A stretch of 64,000 nucleotides of DNA from Alphaproteobacteria bacterium (GTDB lineage: Bacteria > Pseudomonadota > Alphaproteobacteria > UBA7887): contig CBDCGL010000011.1 in NCBI GenBank assembly GCA_965216755.1, positions 224,001 through 288,000 of the forward strand, given 5' to 3'. The translations under genes and the position numbers were made by a program. Below the pieces are notes generated by a model that was not told the origin of the DNA, ran no database searches, and saw only the letters and a program-made list of their open reading frames with translations. Every line of letters begins with the position of its first letter. Positions within the stretch are counted from its first letter, which is position 1. Shown piece by piece: positions 58,317 to 64,000 of this stretch.

Positions 58317-58706
58317 CGTCAACGGACTTTCCAGCCTGAATCTGAGGCAGACGAGTGGCACCCAGGCAAAATCGCGCGCATGACCGCTCGAATTGAATTC
58401 CGGTATCCAACTGCGGCGGCGGCCATCTTGCCATATCTCATCGGGCGGGTGTGTATAGCCTTACGAGAAACGTACAAAACCCAAGCATAGCGCGAAAATA
58501 TGCCAGAAATCATAAGAATAGTCACGATATCGGCGGACCAGATACGTGAATGCGTGGCTCGGGCAGCGCTGGTGTTGGGGTCGTACCGCGCGGCGTCAGT
58601 TCGTTTGGCGTCATTTTCACGTTCGTGCTCTTAGATTTCAGATCCGAGGCATTATTTAAAGAGACGACTTGGGGACAAGATATGAACAGGCGAAGGACGT
58701 CGTGGC

Positions 58707-59297
58707 ATGCAGTTTCGTCGTGAGTTAGTTGCGGCATATGTGACTTTCCAGGATTACCGCACTTTCGTCGCTCTTGTCTGGCTGGTGAGCCTGTACTTGG
58801 TGGTGGCCACAAACGCCGCGCCGGCACATGCGCAAGAGAGCGAATATACACTTGGCACCGGTGATTCGTTACGGGTAACCGTTTTTGGGCACACGGACCT
58901 TTCCGGCGACTTTCAAGTCGGGGCAAGCGGTTATGTGGCGATGCCGTTGATTGGCGAGATCGCCGCGCGCGGCCGAACCGCGCGCGAGCTTGAAGCGGCA
59001 ATCGTCGGCGCCCTAAAGCCAGACTATCTGAAGAACCCGCGGGTCGGCGTCGAGGTCACCAACTATCGGCCATTTTACATCATTGGCGAGGTCAAGGCGC
59101 CCGGCAGTTACGCTTACGTTAGCGGTATGCGGGTGGTCAACGCCGTCGCCCTGGCCGGTGGATTTACCTACAGGGCGCGCGAAAACAGTCTTTTCATCAC
59201 GCGCGCGACTACAGGCACCAACGAGAAAGAGCCGGCCGATCAAAATACGGTTGTCCTCCCCGGCGACATTATCGAAGTACCGGAGCGATTTTTCTGA
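58707..59297 (+). CDS. Polysaccharide export protein (Poly_export + SLBB, short Wza/OPX-like)
   Basis: Motifs YTLGTGD.LRVTVFG, MPLIG, GEVKAPG.Y, AVALAGG and PGDII.VPERFF. Confidence 0.9.
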   Translation: MQFRRELVAAYVTFQDYRTFVALVWLVSLYLVVATNAAPAHAQESEYTLGTGDSLRVTVFGHTDLSGDFQVGASGYVAMPLIGEIAARGRTARELEAAIVGALKPDYLKNPRVGVEVTNYRPFYIIGEVKAPGSYAYVSGMRVVNAVALAGGFTYRARENSLFITRATTGTNEKEPADQNTVVLPGDIIEVPERFF

Positions 59298-59612
59298 CCG
59301 ACGACGCGCAAATACCTGCAGCGGACTAAGGGCGCAGTGTTGGTCTCGTAATTGCGTAGTTCGACCGCTTCCGAGAACCAAAAATTCATTTTTGCCCGCG
59401 ACAACTCTATCTCTGATCGCGATTCCGGTGTCCGGACACTGGCGCCCAAGCAACGTCCTTTTTTTTGCTTCAAGCGGGCAAGCAGTTGTTAAGGTAATTG
59501 GAGAATTGTCTCTGATGGAACATGAACTTCGACTGGCGGTCGATGGCCGAGCCGGTCGACAAGCAACAAACGCATTGGCTGTCTCATTCGTGAACAAGGG
59601 GACGTCTCACCC

Positions 59613-60959
59613 GTGAATAAAACACCTCACTCGTGCCAGTATCGCGCCGGGTGGCTGGCGGCTTTGGTCGGGGGGGGCCGTTGCCAGGTGAAGTCGTTCG
59701 AGCGTTCCCTGGTGAAACGACGCAAAGCAATTCTTCTGGGCCTTTTTCTCGCGTTTCTTTGGCCCATCGCGGCGACCGCCGCAGGAACGACCGTGCCGAA
59801 AAGCAAGGCCACGGGGATCGATCTGTTCGTCGCAGGCTCTTACGAACAGGCCCTGCCACATTTTCTTGCGGCTTTGCAGACAAGCGTCATAGAGACCGGT
59901 GCAGAGAGTGCGCAGACGACGTCCCTGTTGAGTGAACTCAGTGACTTGTACTGGTTTGAAGGCCGATATGACGAAGCTGAGTCCTTGTACACACAATATT
60001 TGGCGAGTCTGGAGGCGCGGCTCGGGCCGAATGACAGCGGTCTCGCGCAGGTTCTGAGTTATTTGAGTACCTTATACGGTGCTACCGGGCGCTATGACGA
60101 GGCCGAACGGAATTTTGAAAGGTCGCTCGGCATCTTGGCGTCAGCGGAACCCGAAGACGATCCTCGCACCGCGATGGCCGCGTACAACTTGGCGACCGTG
60201 TACGAATTCAGTGGACGCCAGGAAGACGCCGCGGATCTTTACAGCCAGGCTTTAGATATTTGGATCCCTGCTCTGGGGCCGAATCACCCCAATGTTGTCT
60301 CCGCTCGTACGCGATTGGCTAAGCTGCGCAAAACAACCGAGGGCCAAGCAAGGTCACCGTATGCGCCGAGCCAGGTGATACCTGCGGCAGTGAGTTCGGA
60401 CCTCTCCGAGGTGAAAGACACGGATACGGCATCAGATGCACCAGGAAAGCCGGCTGAAGTCCAGCACCGGGAAGAATTAGAGGTTTCAGCCGGTACTGAC
60501 GGGTCTGGGAAGCCGGACGGGCGGCCTGAACCGGCTGGGCAAGAAGCCCAGGCCGTTGAAGCGGCCGGGGCTGTGGCCGCCGGGCCTCAGGAACCCGGGG
60601 CGCACCAGCCCGCGCCGGCAACCGATTCGGCTCCCGCGGCGCTTGACGTCACAACCGACACTGCCGCCCTAGGTCAGAGCGCGGCGTATTCGAGCGGCGA
60701 TGAGGCCGGTTACCGAGTCCATTTGGCGTCTGTCTTCAATGCCGATCGTGTCGCGCAAGAGCGCGAGTGGTCAAGGCTCCGCGATATGTATCCGGATCTG
60801 CTTGCGGATCTGGACCTGACGATCGTCAAGGTCGATCTGGGTCCGGAAAAGGGTCTCTATCATCGCATCATGGCCGGGCCCCTGACCGACGAAACGGCGC
60901 CAGCGCTTTGCGCGGAGCTTGCCAAGCGTGGTGCCTGGTGCCAAGCCGTCGAAAAGTAG
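59613..60959 (+). CDS. Exported TPR + SPOR domain protein (paralogue of 55731-58316)
   Basis: Shares LSYLSTLYGA.GRY, AYNLA.VYE, EREW.RL..M.PDLL and DLGPEKG with the upstream paralogue; true start probably near 59688-59712. Confidence 0.8.
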   Translation: MNKTPHSCQYRAGWLAALVGGGRCQVKSFERSLVKRRKAILLGLFLAFLWPIAATAAGTTVPKSKATGIDLFVAGSYEQALPHFLAALQTSVIETGAESAQTTSLLSELSDLYWFEGRYDEAESLYTQYLASLEARLGPNDSGLAQVLSYLSTLYGATGRYDEAERNFERSLGILASAEPEDDPRTAMAAYNLATVYEFSGRQEDAADLYSQALDIWIPALGPNHPNVVSARTRLAKLRKTTEGQARSPYAPSQVIPAAVSSDLSEVKDTDTASDAPGKPAEVQHREELEVSAGTDGSGKPDGRPEPAGQEAQAVEAAGAVAAGPQEPGAHQPAPATDSAPAALDVTTDTAALGQSAAYSSGDEAGYRVHLASVFNADRVAQEREWSRLRDMYPDLLADLDLTIVKVDLGPEKGLYHRIMAGPLTDETAPALCAELAKRGAWCQAVEK

Positions 60960-61028
60960 GCTGATACGGGGGCTCCTTCCGCCCTCGTGAGCCGGTCCGG
61001 TCCAGCGTGCCATGATGAATCCGTCGGC

Positions 61029-61233
61029 GAGAGCGGATCACGGTCAATTGCGTTCACATGAGATCCAAAGATTCGGCTTGTGCCCCGACGAATCCGAAGT
61101 TCGTATGGTGCATGGGTCAGACGTGACGAATTTCGGATTCGGGACACGAGCATCGCGCTGCGTGGCGCTTCGTGAGGATCGCCGCGCGGGACCCCGAACA
61201 GAATTGATTCAATTTAGTCGAAAAGTGCTCTAG
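61029..61233. repeat. ~205-bp shorter, diverged member of the MITE family (copy 3)
   Basis: Aligns with about 52842-53046 (GGGTCAGACGTGACGAA..., GGACACGAGCATCGCGCTGCGT, ACAGAATTGATTCAAT...GCTCTAG). Confidence 0.85.
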
Positions 61234-62150
61234 CCGCCGGAGTCTGGCAGCGGCCCCAGGTGTCTGGCCCAGTGCCGCATGATTTCCAAGCCGAATGATG
61301 TCACCGGCGCGGACGGCCCGCGTACGGTACCCATCGGGATACCCAGACGCTGGGCAAGCAACCGCTTACCGTAGGCGATGAAGTTCTCGACCGATGACAT
61401 CATAAAGACGATCAAGGGGAGGAGCTCCTGGTGGAGCTTTTCGGCCTCCGCCCAATCCTCCGCTCGGCCTCGTTGAATAAGCTCATAGATGCGCACCTGG
61501 GGATCAAAAAGGTCCGGAGCAGGAATGCAGCCAACGCACCCCGCCCTCAAAGAATCCGGCAGCTGCAGGCCACCATAGCCATTGAAAATGTCGAAGGCGC
61601 CGTTGCAGTCTTCAATCAGCTGGTGGACGTAAGTGGCAGGACCCTCGGCCTTCAAAAGGCAGATATTCGGATGCTGACTGTTAAGTGATTTGAGCGCAGC
61701 GTTGGAAAGGCTTGTCGACAACAGCCCCGGAGCGTTCTGGATTGCCAACGGTATTTCCGCACGCTCGGCGACGCTGCCAAAGAAACGTACATATTCAATT
61801 TCAGCCACACCGGCGATCGATGGCGGCTGCAAAATGGCCCAGTCGGCTCCCGCCGCCTTGGCGGCCGCAACAAAAGAAATCTGACCTGGAACGCTCGGTT
61901 CCCCAACCGTCACGGCATAGGGCACGCGACCGGCGATATCCTCAGCAACCCAATCGACAAGCTGTCGCCTTTCGTTGACGTCCAACTTGCCGACTTCGGT
62001 CGCCAATCCCATCACGGCGATACCATGCGCGCCTGCGCCAATACAACCTTCGACTTGGCGGCGCATAGCGCTTCGATCCAGCTTGCCGGCTGAATCAAAG
62101 AAACTATACAAGATCGGATAAATGCCATGAAAACGCGTGTTCGTTGTCAT
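61230..62150 (-). CDS. DHDPS/NAL family aldolase or dehydratase
   Basis: GIYPIL..FF, GLATE, IQNAP and Schiff-base Lys in LKAE; non-canonical motifs mean this is not DapA. Confidence 0.85.
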   Translation of the reverse strand: MTTNTRFHGIYPILYSFFDSAGKLDRSAMRRQVEGCIGAGAHGIAVMGLATEVGKLDVNERRQLVDWVAEDIAGRVPYAVTVGEPSVPGQISFVAAAKAAGADWAILQPPSIAGVAEIEYVRFFGSVAERAEIPLAIQNAPGLLSTSLSNAALKSLNSQHPNICLLKAEGPATYVHQLIEDCNGAFDIFNGYGGLQLPDSLRAGCVGCIPAPDLFDPQVRIYELIQRGRAEDWAEAEKLHQELLPLIVFMMSSVENFIAYGKRLLAQRLGIPMGTVRGPSAPVTSFGLEIMRHWARHLGPLPDSGG

Positions 62151-62890
62151 AGCGGTCACCTCGTCGTAAGCTACCGGGTCGCGGGCCTAGAACCAATGTT
62201 CGGCCCAAAATGGGCACTTGCAATGGCGGCCCGAGCGCAGCCTTTACCACATAACAGTGACTGGGGACACAAAGCCCGGATTATCCACTTCGGACAATCC
62301 GGGCCTCAAGAGTCGTGCGACACTCAGAACATGTGCGGGGGGCATGGCCGAATGTCGACTGTAGCCAAAGTAGCGCCAAACCATGTGCCGATCATGGGTC
62401 ATTTGGACCATCATCTGGTGCGCGTTGCGAACCGGTTTCCATTTTCGCTCCTCTCGATGCTTGTCGGAGAGGATATATCGTCTCGTTTGAAAGGCATCGA
62501 TAGAAATTGTGATCGCAATCACTGCAAAGATCTAAGTAATCGGCGATATTGGCCGCGTTCCATCTTGCTTCCCTGAACTCGCGCTGACGTGGAGACATCT
62601 GCACGTCAGCTTTTTTTTGTTCTCGTATTACGTTTTATTTACCTTTATTCAAATATTATTTTTCGGCGATCTATCTGGTTTTGTTCAATTGCGTGGCGAC
62701 GCCATCACAACATGGGTTTGCTCGTCGCACTAGATCAATCTTCGTTCAAACGGAGGCGTCTGAACAAAGTTAAATTGATCGATATCAAATAGATAAAGCA
62801 TGACATGCCAACGCATGTGAGCGTGAAATGCTCGTTCTTGCGTGGCCCGAGACGGGTCGCCGCAAAACTCATTCTGTGAGGTCTGAAAAT

Positions 62891-63115
62891 ATGGTTTGGG
62901 GTCGGGCGCGTGTGGGGCTGGGAGACCGGTTTACAAAGGTCTCATCCGATCCGTCGACGATCTGGGTCGTCGACCGATTGATTGATCAAGATGGAATGCC
63001 GCAACATGCCGAGCTAATCCGCGCCGACGACGGTAGTGGGTCTATGATTGTCTCTACCTGGACACTGAAGAATAACAAATACTTTCGGTCGGCCTCGGAC
63101 GCACAACAGTCGTGA
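62891..63115 (+). CDS. Small hypothetical protein
   Basis: 74-aa ORF (GDRF.K....IWVV.R....GMP.HA.L) converging on the pilin terminator. Confidence 0.5.
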   Translation: MVWGRARVGLGDRFTKVSSDPSTIWVVDRLIDQDGMPQHAELIRADDGSGSMIVSTWTLKNNKYFRSASDAQQS

Positions 63116-63148
63116 GTTTCGTTTCCATCGTAAAAGGCTGAAACGCAA

Positions 63149-63177
63149 CCGACCGAGGCGAGTTTCGCCTCGGTCGG
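63149..63177. terminator. Strong hairpin between convergent genes (probable terminator)
   Basis: CCGACCGAGGCGA-GTT-TCGCCTCGGTCGG, a perfect 13-bp stem. Confidence 0.75.
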
Positions 63178-63216
63178 CCCGTTGTCGTTGAAAAACTGTT
63201 TGGCTGAAAACGCTGC

Positions 63217-63390
63217 CTATTGCGTCGCCGCGTCGAGCTTGTCGGAGACGGTGCCAAAAACGGCCGACAGGCTGCTGCCCATCGTCGTCAGCGCGCCGAT
63301 CGCGGCAACGGAAACGAGCGCAGCGATCAAGCCGTATTCGATCGCCGTGGCGCCGGCTTCGTCTTGGAGATACCGAGTAAAAGAAGTCAT
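63217..63390 (-). CDS. flp: Flp/Tad type IVb pilin (57 aa, absent from the ORF track)
   Basis: MTSFTRYLQDEAG|ATAIEYGLIAALVSVAAIGALTTMG... with the G|xxxxEY prepilin motif; RBS GGAG upstream. Confidence 0.93.
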   Translation of the reverse strand: MTSFTRYLQDEAGATAIEYGLIAALVSVAAIGALTTMGSSLSAVFGTVSDKLDAATQ

Positions 63391-64000
63391 TGAACACGCT
63401 CCGTGGTAGGTCCGTCGTTAAGAAATCCTGACAGTTTTATCGCACCAACCACTTTGCTGGTCATGCATGCGATCTCTTTATATACTCACGGTTTCACCAA
63501 TTTCAGAGTGATCACTATCACACGTCTTACGTTTTTCTAAATGTATTTATCGTTTGTATATAATTTTCGATAAATTGCGAATTTATATTATGTAATATTA
63601 TTTTTGTATTAGAATAATGTTTGTGGCCTGGTCCTCTGGCGGAATCGCGCTCGCGCTGTCGTACGTGCGATTGCGATTCCGCCGGATCGATTCTCTTGGT
63701 CAGGCAAGCGCTAATAAAGCGTCGCGAGCGTCGCGCCGGTGGCGGGATTGTGAATATGGCGGTAGCGGCCGGTATCGCGGCCGAGTTGTCGATTGTTTTG
63801 ATTCTCAACAACGACGGTTGGCGTACCGGTCGTTGCGCCGACGGCCGTCACAGGGCCGGCGGTGCGGTTCGTGTCTCGACCGACCGTTGGTAGCGCCGCG
63901 ACGTTCACCGTTTCGACGATCGCGGCCGCGTAGGCCGGAGCAGCGTTCTCGAAGTGTACACGATTGCCATTGATGGGTTGGGCTTGCGCGGTCGTTGCGA

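Noticed and set aside
61230-62150. dapA assignment
   Set aside because: GTTGE and the catalytic Tyr motif are replaced (GLATE, IQNAP), so only a family-level call is supported.

Overview
GC-rich chromosomal window, probably alphaproteobacterial (RpoH2-type sigma factor, Flp pilin, PleC-like kinase, TAGAGC...GCTCTA repeats). 1-25 kb is a catabolic region: a 2-oxoacid dehydrogenase E1a/E1b/E2/E3 set plus a mesaconyl-CoA transferase-like gene; a hydantoinase/oxoprolinase A-B, amidase and cysteine-less racemase operon divergent from two tandem atypical YrdC/Sua5 proteins and a His-rich unknown; then an epoxide hydrolase, an acyl-CoA ligase, a Tat-signal intradiol dioxygenase and a soluble catabolic B12 reductive dehalogenase (NpRdhA-like). 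25-37 kb holds a GntR regulator divergent from a multicomponent phenol hydroxylase and meta-cleavage operon (dmpKLMNOPQBCEFGH, with no dmpD, dmpI or dmpR seen). Together these suggest a dehalogenate-then-oxidise halophenol pathway. 37-42 kb is a split PAS + MCP taxis receptor pair, each gene cut by a different IS (IS481 and IS1182) and each reconstructable in frame. 42-64 kb is housekeeping and envelope genes (rpoH2, mtgA, speD/speE, gtrA/ubiA, a histidine kinase, two TPR-SPOR paralogues flanking a Wza-like gene, a DHDPS-family lyase and an unlisted Flp pilin). Three copies of a modular MITE family and a 118-bp palindromic element are present, and several of them supply the stop codons of neighbouring genes. 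All family assignments come from recognised motifs; no database searches were run.
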